A DNA stretch of 64,000 nucleotides from Haliotis cracherodii (GCF_022045235.1 NW_027266265.1:38130001-38194000); one strand, 5' to 3'; shown: positions 13,338-27,543, numbered from the stretch's first letter. Notes: generated by a model not told the origin, from the sequence alone. Program-made: numbers and translations.

Positions 13338-15197
13338 TAATCATGTATCTTATTTCAGCAAGGTGACGAAATGCCCCGTGCCTACGTGCGGGCACACCCG
13401 CATTTTATTTTGGAAAAAAATCTTTATTTCTGTATAAATTACCACCAAAGACAATAGATAGACCTTAATTGTGCACACACCCCTCCCCCTTTTCAAAAAA
13501 GCTGTATCCGCCCATGTTTACTATAGAAAAGTTGCTAACGAGAGACTGTGTCTTCCCACATCAAGATGGTGGAGTACCTGGTGGACAAACCTCCACAGCA
13601 TTATTTTTGGTGCAAATTACGACAACACCAGCTTTGTGCATCTCGGGGTTAATGTAAAATATGTCCACATAAACATGGCAAGACCGTGTGTTGATGGGAC
13701 AATGTCTGGCCCCCTATCTCTATCTCAGACAATGGCGTTAATGTCTTGTTTCAAACACAACGTTTACAAACACGACTATCGATTGTCTCCGCTTCCATGG
13801 AAGGAATAGCTGTTTACACCGCTTATCCAGGCCGATTCTCGATACTGAAAGCTTACTAATTTCCTAAGTTCGTTATCACTAGCTTTGAAGTATACAGACG
13901 CGGCTAACATCAAAGGATATATACACTTTGATGAATAAGAGAATAAAAGTACCTCAAAGTCCTTAAAATTCGATATACGAACTAAACAATACAGGGCCGC
14001 GGTGAAGATAATTAAACAATATGGATGCGTTTACAAATCACTTTAATAGACTTTGTACGTTAGACTATATTCGTGTTGACAGACGGTGAAGTGGTTCTTG
14101 TGTTCTTTATCCGTTAGGTGGCCAATGGGTTCATGCTAATTCTGAAATCGATATTACAATTAATACAACTGAAAAAACGTTACACCCGATTTTTTTAAAA
14201 TTTGAGTATAGTTTATTTGTCAAGGGTGGTGGGTATTGCAACACACACCCATCCAGTTGTGGCTGCTCTTTAATTTCTTTTAAGTAGTATACTAGTATAT
14301 ATAAATGGGGTCGGTCAAAAGTATGTGCCCATATTAAAACATTCTTGTTTTATTATCTCCGTTTGCCATGAAAGGTTTCGCATAACATAGTGTGTGGCTA
14401 TCAAATATGATCCTCTTACTGGTGATTCAATTCTCCTTAGAGAAATAATGTTTATTTAAAATCGCCGTGATGAAACGAGAACAAGCACATCAAAGGCTCT
14501 TGAAAAATGGCCCTTTACTGAATTGTCAAACATGATACCTGTCCGCGTCTTTTTTAATAAATCGATTGGAATTAATCAGGTATAGCAACACTTATCAAGT
14601 CCTAGTACCAAAGAATAGCTATGTGAAAATCATTAACATTGTATACCTGATAATAAAACATTTAAATAACACACAAGTAAGGATTATGGGGACCGAAAGT
14701 TCATATTCTAATGTGTTTCATTAGAAATACTCGTCTAATCAATAACTAATAATATTTCCAGAAAAATAAAACAAAAATTGGATTGTCTGTAAGAGGACAA
14801 ATAGAAAGCAAAAACTTAAAGTAAATTTAAGAAAACATCGGTATGACATTCAAACAATCTTTAAACAAAGAGAAATATTTACATATGCTTAAACAATTTA
14901 TTATTTTGTGTTCATGGGAAAATGTCAGTTCATCAAATACTACTTCAAATTAATAAAAAGAAAATGCACGGATAATTGAAACTTACTGTCTGAGTTAAAT
15001 GTAAAAACACAAACCCGGCATCTGAAAACGCATGCGTAATGAGTATATCGAAAGGTCATTTTTCCAGTAAGACTAAACGGTTAATTGCTCACGTTTATGG
15101 AACCCTTTTAAAGGGAAACTGTCGCTTCTTCGTGTTTAGGTTGGTTGTAAATATGATCCATAAATATATGTTCGGAGTACCACTCTTAACGTGATGA

Positions 15198-15443
15198 TTC
15201 CGGGGTAGAATAGGTCTTCAGCGACCCATGCTTACCGTAAAAGGCGACTATGCTTGTCGTAAGAGGCGACTAACGGGATCGGGTGTTCAGGCTCGCTGAC
15301 TTAGCTGATGTATGTCATCGTATCCAAGTTACGTAGATCGATGCTCATGATGTCAATCACTGGATTGTCTGGTCCAGACTCGATTATTTACAGCCCGCCG
15401 TTATATAGCTTGAATATTGCCGAGTGCGGCGTTAAACAACAAA
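15198..15443 (+). mobile_element. SINE family A
   Basis: Near full-length consensus match. Confidence 0.85.
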
Positions 15444-15619
15444 CACAAAGGATAATCCGAGGTGTTTCGGGTTTCAGACGGTTACAACTTCAATGAAACC
15501 CACGAGTACGGGTATAGTTCTGACAAACCGAGCGTCAAAAGCAGGGTACATCTAGAGGTCGAATCCTTAATTACAGGTGTCAAGCAAGCCAGCTGTGCAG
15601 AGTGAATTGCGTCACCCTT

Positions 15620-18600
15620 TAATAACCGTCCCCACCATTGTCAATGTCACCGTTACCGCATTACCGTTAACTTCCAATAACCGTCACCATCACAATCATT
15701 ATCCCCAACAATGTCACATTAATACCGTTACCTTATAACAAACGTCACTATCATTATCGATATCACCGCCATCTCACATCAGTAATCGTTACCTTCAATT
15801 AACCGTCACTATCATTATCATCACCATCGAACATCAATATCGTTACCTTCAAATAACCGTAACAATCATTGTCGATATCACCACCATCTCACAACATTAT
15901 CGTTACCTAACCGTCACTATCACTATCGATATCACCACCATCGCACATCTATACCGTTACCTTCAAATAACCGTCACTATCATTATCGATATCACCACCA
16001 TCGCACATCTATATCATTACCTTCAAATAACCGTCACTATCGATATCACCACCATCTCACATCGGTATCGTTACCTTCAAATAACCGTCACTATCATTAT
16101 CGATATCACCACCATCTCACATCGGTAATCGTTACCTTCAATTAACCGTCACTATCATTATCGATATCACCACCATCTCACATCGGTATCGTTACCTTCA
16201 AATAACCGTCACTATCATTATCGATATCACCACCATCTCACATCGGTATCGTTACCTTCAAATAACCGTCACTATCATTATCGATATCACCACCATCTCA
16301 CATCGGTAATCATTACCTTCAATTAACCGTCACTATCATTATCGATATCACCACCATCTCACATCGGTATCGTTACCTTCAAATAACCGTCACTATCATT
16401 ATCGATATCACCACCATCTCACATCGGTATCGTTACCTTCAAATAACCGTCACTATCATTATCGATATCACCACCATCTCACATCGGTATCGTTACCTTC
16501 AAATAACCGTACCTATCATTGTCGATATCACCACCATCTCACAACATTATCGTTACCTTCAAATAACCGTCACAATCATTATCGATATTACCACCATCTC
16601 ACAACAATATTGTTACCTTCAAATTACCGTCACTATCATTGTCGATATCACACAACCTCACAGCAATGTTGTTACCTTCAAATAACCGTCACTATCATTA
16701 TCGATATCACCACCATCTCACATCGGTATCATTACCTTCAAATAACCGTCACTATCGATATCACCACCATCTCACATCGGTATCGTTACCTTCAAATAAC
16801 CGTCACTATCATTATCGATATCACCACCATCTCACATCGGTATCGTTACCTTCAAATAACCGTCACTATCATTGTCGATATCACCACCATCTCACAACAT
16901 TATCGTTACCTTCAAATAACCGTCACTATCACTATGTAGATCACCACCATCTCACATCTATATCGTTACCTTCAAATAACCGTCACTATCGATATCACCA
17001 CCATCTCACATCGGTATCATTACCTTCAAATAACCGTCACTATCGATATCACCACCATCTCACATCGGTAATCATTACCTTCAATTAACCGTCACTATCA
17101 TTATCGATATCACCACCATCTCACATCGGTATCGTTACCTTCAAATAACCGTCACTATCATTGTCGATATCACCACCATCTCACAACATTATCGTTACCT
17201 TCAAATAACCGTCACTATCACTATGTATATCACCACCATCTCACATCTATATCGTTACCTTCAAATAACCGTCACTATCGATATCACCACCATCTCACAT
17301 CGGTATCATTACCTTCAAATAACCGTCACTATCGATATCACCACCATCTCACATCGGTATCGTTACCTTCAAATAACCGTCACTATCATTATCGATATCA
17401 CCACCATCTCACATCGGTATCGTTACCTTCAAATAACCGTCACTATCATTGTCGATATCACCACCATCTCACAACATTATCGTTACCTTCAAATAACCGT
17501 CACTATCACTATGTATATCACCACCATCTCACATCTATATCGTTACCTTCAAATAACCGTCACTATCGATATCACCACCATCTCACATCGGTATCGTTAC
17601 CTTCAAATAACCGTCACTATCATTATCGATATCACCACCATCTCACATCGGTAATCGTTACCTTCAATTAACCGTCACTATCATTATCGATATCACCACC
17701 ATCTCACATCGGTATCATTACCTTCAAATAACCGTCACTATCGATATCACCACCATCTCACATCGGTATCGTTACCTTCAAATAACCGTCACTATCATTA
17801 TCGATATCACCACCATCTCACAACATTTTCGTTACCTTCAAATAACCGTCACTATCACTATCGATATCACCACCATCTCACATCGGTATTGTTACCTTCA
17901 AATAACCGTCACTATCATTGTCGATATCACCACCATCGCACAACATTATCGTTACCTTCAAATAACCGTCACTATCACTATGTATATCACCACCATCTCA
18001 CATCGGTATCGTTACCTTCAAATAACCGTCACTATCATTGTCGATATCACCACCATCTCATAACATTATCGTTACCTTCAAATAACCGTCACTATCACTA
18101 TGTATATCACCACCATCTCACATCTATATCGTTACCTTCAAATAACCGTCACTATCGATATCACCACCATCTCACATCTATATCGTTACCTTCACATAAC
18201 CGTCACTATCGATATCACCACCATCTCACATCGGTATCGTTACCTTCAAATAACCGTCACTATCATTATCGATATACACCGCCATCTCACATCGGTATCG
18301 TTACCTTCAAATAACCGTCACTATCACTATCGATATCACCATCATCTCACATCGGTATCGTTACCTTCAAATAACCGTCACTATCATTATCGATATCACC
18401 ACCATCTCACATCGGTATCGTTACCTTCAAATAACCGTCACAATCATTATCGATATTACCACCATCTCACAACAATATTGTTACCTTCAAATTACCGTCA
18501 CCATCATTGTCGATATCACACAACCTCACAACAATGTTGTTACCTTCAAATAACCGTCAAATCATTGTCGATATCACACCATCTCACAACAATATCGTTA

Positions 18601-19200
18601 CCTTATAACAAACGTCACAATCATTGTCGACATCACCACCATCTCACATCGGTAATCGTTTCCTTCAAATAACCGTCACTATCATTATCGATATCACCAC
18701 CATCGCACATCTTTATCGTTACCTTCAAATAACCGTCACTATCATTTTGACCCGTGAAGATCCGGGGTAGAATAGGTCTTCAGCAACCCATGCTTACCGT
18801 AAAAGGCGACTATGCTTGTCGTAAGGGGCGACTAACGGGATCGGGTGGTCAGGCTCGCTGACTTGGCTGAAGCATGTCATCGATCCTAATTGCGTGGTTC
18901 GATGCTCATGATATCAATAACTGGATTGTCTGGTCCAGACTTGATTATTTACAGACCGCCGTCATATAGCTTGAATATTGCTGAACGCGGCGTTAAACAA
19001 CCAACCAACCACTATCATTATCAATATCCCCACAATCTCACATCGATAGCGTTACCCTCAAATAGCAGTCACTGTCATTATCGATATTACCACCATCTCA
19101 CAACAAGATCGTTACTTGATAATAACCATCACTGTTAATATCCCCACACATCTCACATCAATGTCGTTACGTTATGATAACCGTCACCATGACAATCGCC
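15620..19200. repeat. Satellite, 60-bp unit with 54-bp variants
   Basis: atcgttaccttcaaataaccgtcactatcattatcgatatcaccaccatctcacatcggt repeated. Confidence 0.97.
18749..19010 (+). mobile_element. SINE family A inserted in the 60-bp satellite
   Basis: Full length; cactatcatt on both sides. Confidence 0.9.
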
Positions 19201-19290
19201 ACGACGCCGTTACCCTCGTCACCTTGACGCCACCGCCAACTTCACAACTATCCTTACTGCATTCAGCACCTCGCTATATTAATTGCACTA

Positions 19291-19465
19291 NNNNNNNNNN
19301 NNNNNNNNNNNNNNNNNNNNNNNNNNNNNNNNNNNNNNNNNNNNNNNNNNNNNNNNNNNNNNNNNNNNNNNNNNNNNNNNNNNNNNNNNNNNNNNNNNNN
19401 NNNNNNNNNNNNNNNNNNNNNNNNNNNNNNNNNNNNNNNNNNNNNNNNNNNNNNNNNNNNNNNNN
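19291..19465. other. Assembly gap (N run)
   Basis: Ns. Confidence 1.
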
Positions 19466-19479
19466 ATCACCTATAAAAC

Positions 19480-20500
19480 ATCGAAATGTCATAGGCATGA
19501 TGTTAGAGAACCGACGTGTTAGAAGACATGGGAATGGCAAAACGCTGGAGGACCAATGAGAATGGCTAGACGTTATAAGACCAATGAGAATGGCGAGATG
19601 TTACAAGACATTGAGAATGGCTAGACGTTATAAGACCAATGAGAATGGCCAGACAGTAGGAGACCGATGAAAATGGCGAGATGTTACAAGACATTGAGAA
19701 TAACTAGACGTTAGAAGACAATGAGAATGGCTAGTCAGGAGGAGATCGATGAGAATAGCGAGATGTTACAAGACATTGAGAATGACTAGATGTTAGAAGA
19801 CAATGAGAATGGCTAGTCAGGAGGAGATCGATGAGAATAGCGAGATGTTACAAGACATTGAGAATGACTAGACGTTAGAAGACAATGAGAATGGCTAGTC
19901 AGGAGGAGATCGATGAGAATAGCGAGATGTTACAAGACATTGAGAATGACTAGATGTTAGAAGACCATGAGAATGGCTAGTCAGGAGGAGATCGATGAGA
20001 ATAGCGAGATGTTACAAGACATTGAGAATGACTAGACGTTAGAAGACAATGAGAATGGCTAGTCAGGAGGAGATCGATGAGAATAGCGAGATGTTACAAG
20101 ACATTGAGAATGACTAGATGTTAGAAGACAATGAGAATGGCTAGTCAGGAGGATATCGATGAGAATGGCGAGATGTTACAAGAAATTGAGAATGACTAGA
20201 TGTTAGAAGACAATGAGAATGGCTAGTCAGGAGGAGATCGATGAGAATGGCAAGATGTTACAAGACATTGAGAATGACTAGACGTTAGAAGACAACGAGA
20301 ATGGCCAGACAGGAGGAGATCGATGAGAATGGCTAGATGTTACAAGACAACTGTAAATGGCCAGATGCTAGCAGACCGATGAGAATGGCTTGGTGATAGA
20401 AGACCATGATAATGGCGAGACGTTAGAAGACGATGAGAATAGTTAGATGTTAGAATTGAAACAGGAGTGAGTAGATCTTGGACGATCAACGTGAATGACT
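19480..20500. repeat. Satellite, 82-bp higher-order unit made of three 27-28-bp subunits
   Basis: atgagaatggctagtcagg recurs at 19721, 19803 and onward. Confidence 0.92.
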
Positions 20501-20523
20501 AAATGTCAGAGTGAGTGAGTAGC

Positions 20524-21052
20524 CATCCTCCAGTGTCAAGGGAGTAAACTGACTGAAAACGTCTAATGTTCACCCCTGCCGATTTAGGATCCAATTGTGG
20601 AGTTTTATTTTGGCTGGACTAACGAGTATATACATAGTCCAATCACAATCGCGTAACAACATCGACATCCGACTTATAAACAACATTTCAACGCGCAGAT
20701 TTCGGTCGACTGCAGGATTAGCAAAAGATGTGTACCGTTAACTGGGCGTCGACAGATATTTTCCAAATCTTTTCATGTTTTTAAACTAGGCGCACACGTG
20801 ATTTGATGCACTTCGCGGGGTAAGGCCCGTTTTATTACAATATATATCTTGATCATCGATCAGATCGTATTGACTGGGCGCCGCCATTTTGTTTGAAGCA
20901 AATCTGATTGGTCAAAAGGAGGGGCATAGAAGGGACATAACTCTTAATAGCCACTGGTGGCGCTGTGATCGAGCCCAGAAATTCCAGCCTTGTTCGGCAA
21001 GGGTGGAAACTGATCTTTTATAGTCACCTAACTCCCTTGCCTAAGGAAGATG
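20524..21052. mobile_element. Mutator-like MITE family 1, second copy
   Basis: Homologous throughout to 41562-42106; degenerate 9-bp TSD gtgagtagc/gtgaacagc. Confidence 0.85.
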
Positions 21053-21565
21053 GTGAACAGCTTTACGCCTCCATTTCCAACATTTCAGCATTATCACGAA
21101 TGTGTCGTTAGCCTGGGGTGCCCGTTTAGGGAATTTTTTTTTTTAACATGACAGGGGAACGTTTCACCCATTCAACTTAGTATATACGCTACACCCACGC
21201 CGTGCTAGATGCTAGAAGACCAACATAAGTGGCTAGACGTTAGAGTACCGATATAATTGGCTAGATGTTTGAGTACCGACCAGTAAATAGTCGTATCTGA
21301 ACTAGGACAACCAATGGTGGATAATATTAGTAACGATCCACGTCATTGGCTACCATGACATATGCCCATGTTACATATTGTTACCACTCTAACCAAATAT
21401 CTGTCTCTCACGAGAAGTACAGGATACTGGAGACAGGATCAGGTGTTACCTCAGAATACCACATACGTGATTGGCTGGATGTTAAAAGGCAAACGTGAAT
21501 GGCTAGGTGTTACAGCGGCCGTATGATTGGCTAAATGGTAATCGTGAAAAGCTTCATACAAGAGA

Positions 21566-21704
21566 GGGGGCACGGGTGGCCCAGTCGTCTAAGGCGCCGC
21601 GATTCGCTGTGCAGAGTTGCGTCCCTTGGGCACGCCGGAAACCTACGATTGTGGGTTCGAATCCCGGTTAGCCCCGATTATGTTTCTAGGTTTGTCAGCA
21701 CCAT
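21566..21704 (+). mobile_element. SINE family C, 5' half
   Basis: Matches 8621-8755. Confidence 0.85.
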
Positions 21705-21719
21705 TGTAGCCTTGATGTT

Positions 21720-22295
21720 AGATTATCGAGGTGGTTGGCTAGATATTAGTAGACTAACGGTTGTGGTTGGCTGGATCTAGAGTATCCAGGTGATTGACTA
21801 CCTTTTTGTACACTATCGTGTGTAATGGGCTAGATGTCAGAGTATGAAGGTGATAGGCTAGATGTTAGCGTGCCGCGGTGATTGGCTAGATGTAAAAGTA
21901 TCAAGGTGATTGGTTAGATGTTACATCATCAAGGTAACTGGCTAGATGTTAGAGTATGAGGGTGATTGGCTAGATGTTAACTCATCAATGTGATTCGTTA
22001 GATGTTAGAGTACCGCGGTCATTGACTAGATGTTAGGGTATGGAGGGGATTGACTAGATGTTAGGGTATGAAGGTGATTGGCTAAATGTTAGAGAATGAA
22101 GGTGATTGGCTAAATGTTAGAGAATGAAGGTGATTGGCTAGATGTGAGGGTATGAAGGTGATTGACTAGATGTTAAATCATCAATATGATTGGTTAGATG
22201 GTAGAGAATGAAGGTGATTGGCTAGATGGTAGAGCATGGAGGTGATTGGCTAGATGTCAGAGTACCGCGGTGACTGGCTAGATGTTAGAGCATTA
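21720..22295. repeat. Minisatellite, 28-bp unit (aggtgattggctagatgttagagtatga)
   Basis: Tandem units related to the 19.5-20.5 kb array. Confidence 0.9.
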
Positions 22296-24469
22296 AGGTG
22301 AAAGTTATATTTGGGTTAAAAAGCTATGTTTCTCCCTTCTTTGGACAAAACGTTCACCGGGCACAGGCGGACCTAGGGGCGGGGTCCAGGGGGCCCGGAA
22401 CTCCCACCGCCCTTTTGAAAACCAAATGTAGTGTGTGTGGACCCCCAGCCCCAACCCCAACCCCCAAACCCCTAACCCCCTTTTAAAAATGCTGGATCCG
22501 CTCGCCAAATGTTAAGTAGGTAGATGTATATAAGCCGCACTATCTTCACCATATGCGCAAAAAAGAAGGCGTGTAAATGTCCATTTCGATTTGTGGAATA
22601 ATATATAAACAGAAAAAACACATTTAAAAGACTCCTCAGATATGTAGCGGGTTTTTTTTCATGGCTGTCGAGAAAACATAGACTTCATTCTTCAAAACTG
22701 TATTTCTTCCAGAGAAAATACTCTACACCTAGAAATAAACTTTTTCACACTAATCCATGCTTTAATGGGCCGTTAGACGGATGTGTACGTGTTTTAGGTA
22801 TCAAAGGGCTTCTTTTAATTGATTGTGGATCTGAAACCCAAGGTCTCTCACGTTGTCCCGACCGTCTTTGTTCTGTGTTATTTCATACGACTTTCAAAGA
22901 AACACTACTCTGTGAATTTCAGTTGGATATTATGATTAATCAGCTGGTGTTTATAGCTATCCTCTTCTGCCGTGAATCCATTGTCCAAGGCCGATAGCAC
23001 TATATCCATTATCGCCAATCCCTCAAAGAGTTTACCAGAAAAGTTCCGCCAAAAGACACGCGCACTTTCCTGTTTAACGGCGCTCTTTCAGATCTCTTAG
23101 ATTGAAGATTAAAGGACTTAGCAGTGTCTCTGTATAGCTTTGACTGGTATGCCCCGCACTGACTTACGCGAAACATACATTCAGTCTAGTCGATTTCAAA
23201 CGATGGACGGAGCAGGTTCGCGCCAAAAATATGAATAACGGTGTTTATTGTGTTAATAGCCCGTGGCTATTGGTTCCGGGAAGATCTTTGAGGATCATGA
23301 CAGAATTGTCTGTCTTTTGAACACGATGTCTACAAACGGTGGGGGATCAGAAGGATTCGTTTACAGTTTTTTTTCGCTAATGAGAAGTGTCTTTTATGTT
23401 AGTATACAAGTTAACACAAACACTGACCCGCGAGTTGTATCTTCGGGAAATATCGGACAGTCCCGACACTTAATTGCTTTAAGTGAACGTCAGACAAAGA
23501 ACACAGTAGCCGACATCAATTACAACGGTTGCTTTAGAAGTTTTATCGATTGGTATTCCGACATGCGACCGCTACTTTGATACATTTAAACAGAACTTGT
23601 CAGCCAAATGAAAGATTATGTATAGATTACATGACAAAGCAATCTTCACAATATCTTCCAAACGAAAACACCTCACAGCGATGCCATGTTTCCCCGTCGT
23701 TCTCCAATATTAGAAATATTATAGCGGCACAAGGCACGCGATGAGATGGAGCTTGTGCAAATGGATCAAATTGTGCATGCATCGTGTAATTGAAGGATGC
23801 GGCCATAAAATGCCTTACTCCGTCGGTCATCACGTCAAACGACCACGGAGCCGACTGAAGCCATGTTTCATATTACTTCAGCTCTCAGACAGTGCTTGTG
23901 AAGTGATAGCCTGTTTGGAGCACATCAAAGGTTCTAATATGACTGGACGGATTCATCAAAGGGGGCCACTGTGTTTGCTGTTATCGCCAAATAATGGTCC
24001 ACATACGACCCAAACACACCATTACTTTAAATCATCGACTCCATGATGTTTGATTGTTCTTTGGTAAAATCATTTGGCGAGTTAATGTTTTAGGGATTAA
24101 TGGCGGCGGTTTTGTATCGGCCCAAGGGAAGGGCGGGATATGGGGGGGATGGATGAGAAGGTGACGGGATAAGATGGGTAGAGGGGCGTGGCATGACGTT
24201 GCTTGCAATGCTAATTTTCTAAACCGCATTTCCTGGACCAAACTACGGAATCTCTTAGCTGCCCTGGTAGAAGAGATATAATAGCGTCCCCTCGCCATAT
24301 TTGTAATAGCTGTTCTCTCGCAATATCATAGCGTACTTTTACCATATAATCGGGTTCCCTCGCCATATAACTGGGTTCTGTCGCGATACTATCGCGTTCC
24401 ATCCACTATAAACCATTGATATAAGACATTGAATACTAAGCGGCAATGCATCGAGTAATGATTAGTTTC

Positions 24470-25020
24470 TTGGCTCACAAATAGATGAAGTTTTTCTTCT
24501 CAACTTCTCAAACGGATTGAAATGATCTCAACTGGATTTGTGGGTTCTCACAAATAGCTGGAGATTTTCTCGACTTCTCAGTGGAATGATCTTAACACGA
24601 CCTCTGGGTTCTCATAAATAGCTGAAATTCTTCTCAACCTCTCAGGGGAATTATCTTAACACGACCTCTGGGTTCTCACAAATAGCTGGAAAACCCTCTT
24701 CTTAACCTCCCAGGGGAATGATCTTAACACGACCTCTGGGTTCTCACAAATAGCTGGAGATCTTCTCAACCTCCCAGGGGAATGATCTTAACACGACCTC
24801 TGGGTTCTCACAAATAGCTGGAGATCTTCTCAACCTCCCAGGGGAATGATCTTAACACGACCTCTGGGTTCTCACAAATAGCTGGAGATCTTCTCAACCT
24901 CCCAGGGGAATGATCTTAACACGACCTCTGGGTTCTCACAAATAGCTGGAGATCTTCTCAACCTCCCAGGGTGATCTTAACACGACCTCTGGGGTTCTCA
25001 CCATTAACTGGAGATCTTTT
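24470..25020. repeat. Tandem repeat, 64-bp unit
   Basis: atcttaacacgacctctgggttctcacaaatagctgg at 24721, 24785 and onward. Confidence 0.95.
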
Positions 25021-25215
25021 ATCTTACAATGATCGTAACTATGTAACATTGTTTTGGTTGAGATTCGGTAGACGCTCATTGCAATGCATTTCGGCAGTAA
25101 TTAGTCGTCATGAATGTAGTGCCATTTAATCTAGAGTTGTTTCATTACCAGCTCGAAGTGTTCCAAAAGTGTCAATGTCTGGCTGCTTCTCCGGTATATT
25201 CAAGTGAGTTAGTGA

Positions 25216-25373
25216 CTTGGGGTTTAGCACCGCTTCCACGTGTATTCCAGTAATACCACAGCGTGTCAGCTTAATGTGGGAGGAAAGCCCCAAGTGATGC
25301 AGGTCTCAGACGTTTACTACTGTGGTGAAACACACGAACACGGGTATGGTGCTGACAAACCTAGAAACATAAT
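25216..25373 (-). mobile_element. SINE family C, 3' half
   Basis: Reverse-complement match. Confidence 0.8.
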
Positions 25374-25440
25374 TGTCAGTGGAACCAGTCACTTTTAACA
25401 TGTCGAGTTCATTCCTCGGAATGTATTCAACTCTGTCAAC

Positions 25441-25597
25441 ACGGCTCGCTGACTTGGTTGACGCATGTCATTGTATCCCAATTGGAAGGATCGATGACCA
25501 TGACGTCAATCACTGGATTGTCTGGTCCAGACTCGATTATTTACAGACCGTCGTCTGAGTACGGCGTTAAACAACAAACAAACAAACAGACAAACAA
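25441..25597 (+). mobile_element. SINE family A, 5' truncated
   Basis: Consensus match. Confidence 0.8.
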
Positions 25598-25738
25598 ATC
25601 TGTAAAGATGAAGATGAAGATTTTCCTGATCTTTGATCATCTCAAGGCTCTCTCTCTCTTCCCCTCTTGAGCTCACCTGGACACATCGTGTCAGTTGCCA
25701 AGGAATGACCAGCATCCCCTAAAGCTGACAACATGTAT

Positions 25739-25791
25739 ACATGACTGGTTGATAAATGCAGTTAGGCTCAGAACCTTTCAACCAGTCCTTG
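25739..25791. mobile_element. Minimal mariner-derived MITE (~53 bp)
   Basis: TA-flanked; gactggttga / tcaaccagtc inverted ends; aggctcagaacctttc resembles the mariner 3' end at 33948-33976. Confidence 0.45.
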
Positions 25792-26269
25792 TATCTTCGT
25801 AGCTAAACTATAGTTTAGGGGCGTAACACAATGTGTCACAGCAGTGCTCGTTTTTCTGCATTTAATCGTCCACCAAATAAAGTGTTTCGTTAGAGAGCTT
25901 ACTACTTGAAGACAAATTCAGTTTGAAAACAAAATTAATGCATATTATTTTTTTGTAAGTCACATTTCTTCACACAACACCCCTCATACCCAGGCAACAC
26001 CTATTATTCTGTGTTCAGTGCATGTTTACATATTGGGCAGATTTGGCCCCGACGTCTGAGGCAGACAACTTTTCTCTCCCTGGCTGCATCCTTCAGGCGT
26101 GCCAGAATCGTGAGCTCGAATCCCGGTTCGCCTTTATTATGTTCCTAGTTTTTACAGCACCATATCCATGCTCGTATATTCACCAAAGTGGTTCAAATGT
26201 TCAAAATACTGTTCAAATTGGCGTAAAACACAACGCATTCCCTTGTTTGTGACCTGAGAAGAGTCCTTC

Positions 26270-26450
26270 AGAGGCGACTAACGGGATCGGTTGGTCAGGC
26301 TCGCTGACTTGGTTGATGCATGTCATCGTATCCCAGGTGCGTAGATCGATGTTTACGATGTCAATCACTGGATTGTCTTGTCCAGACTTGTTTATTTACA
26401 TACCGCCGTCATATAAATAGAGTGCGGCGTTAAACAACAAACAAAACAAA
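26270..26450 (+). mobile_element. SINE family A, 5' truncated
   Basis: Consensus match. Confidence 0.8.
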
Positions 26451-26642
26451 TCACTCTTTATTACAGAGTTCTTCATAAGAACAACTTTTAACTGCGAGTC
26501 AATGATTTGCTGCCTGCTCAAAACCCATTAGCGATCCGCCGTTAGTTTATCTGTTTCTTTTGTTGTGGCGTATCAGTGTGATGCTTATGTCATGTTGTAT
26601 ATTGTGTGCTTTGCGTCTCAGAAAATGTCATTAATGATTGAG

Positions 26643-26885
26643 ACCGCCTCCTTGGTCTAGTGGTAGAGCGCTTACCCGGAGAGCGGAAGGTCGGGGGCTC
26701 GATACCCGGCCGCGTCATACCAAAAAATGGTACTTATTGTTACCCTGCCTGGCGCTCGGCATTAAGAGGCTGAAACAAGGGCTGGACGGCTCGGAGTTGG
26801 TATACTGTGTCTGAGTGGGGTATCTCAGTGGGCTAGCACTATAAATTCGGCATTAGTCCGGACTAGTACAAGCAGCCACACACAC
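26643..26885 (+). mobile_element. SINE family D
   Basis: accgcctccttggtctagtggtagagcg head. Confidence 0.8.
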
Positions 26886-27013
26886 AGTCGGGTAGCCTAA
26901 TGGTTAAAGCGTTCGCTCGTCAAGCCGAAGACCCGGGTTCGAATCCCGACATGGGTACAATGTGTGAAATTGCTGGAATATTGCTAAAAGCGGCGTTACA
27001 CCAAACTCACTCA
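26886..27013 (+). mobile_element. SINE family B, internally deleted
   Basis: A/B boxes and tail. Confidence 0.8.
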
Positions 27014-27089
27014 TTAAGTGATCTCCACAGTTGATAATGAGTAAGAAACCCAACGTCTGTAGGGTCATCTTTCGCAGAGCTCAACCGAT

Positions 27090-27306
27090 GTTTATCATCC
27101 AAAACTGGCTCCCACAGGAGATATCGCTTGGGTGAGCTGCAGTGAATTTGCATAACAATGCTTTGCAGACCATTGTGACGTCATTAGTTACCATGACGTC
27201 ACATTCAAATGACATCACTTATGGTTCTGCTACTGAAGCTGTTAGCAGTACTTTTTACACTTAGACACTGCTTATTACTGTGTTGATATATTTGATATCA
27301 AAAGGC
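27090..27306. repeat. Second (empty-site) copy of the 45270-46320 repeat
   Basis: Reverse-complement match including tgtgacgtca motifs and aagtactgctaacagc. Confidence 0.7.
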
Positions 27307-27342
27307 ACTCGGGTGAGATTCTCTATATCGACTGACGTTTTC

Positions 27343-27543
27343 TGTTTGTATGTTTGTTTGTTTGTTGCTTAACGCCGCACTCAGCAATATTCCAACTATA
27401 TGACAGCGGTCTGTAAATAATCAAGTCTGGACCAGACAATCCAGTGATTGACATCATGAGGATTGATACACGCAATTGGGATATGATGACATGCATCAAC
27501 CAAGTCAGCGAGCCTGACCACCAGATTCCGTTAGTCGCCTCTT
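27343..27543 (-). mobile_element. SINE family A, 5' truncated
   Basis: Consensus match. Confidence 0.8.

Noticed and set aside
16610-18672. His/Arg/Thr-rich ORFs up to 190 aa
   Set aside because: Translations of the 60/54-bp satellite, whose unit length is a multiple of 3.
19116-19559. ORFs spanning the N gap (also 63527-63845)
   Set aside because: Artefacts of undefined bases.
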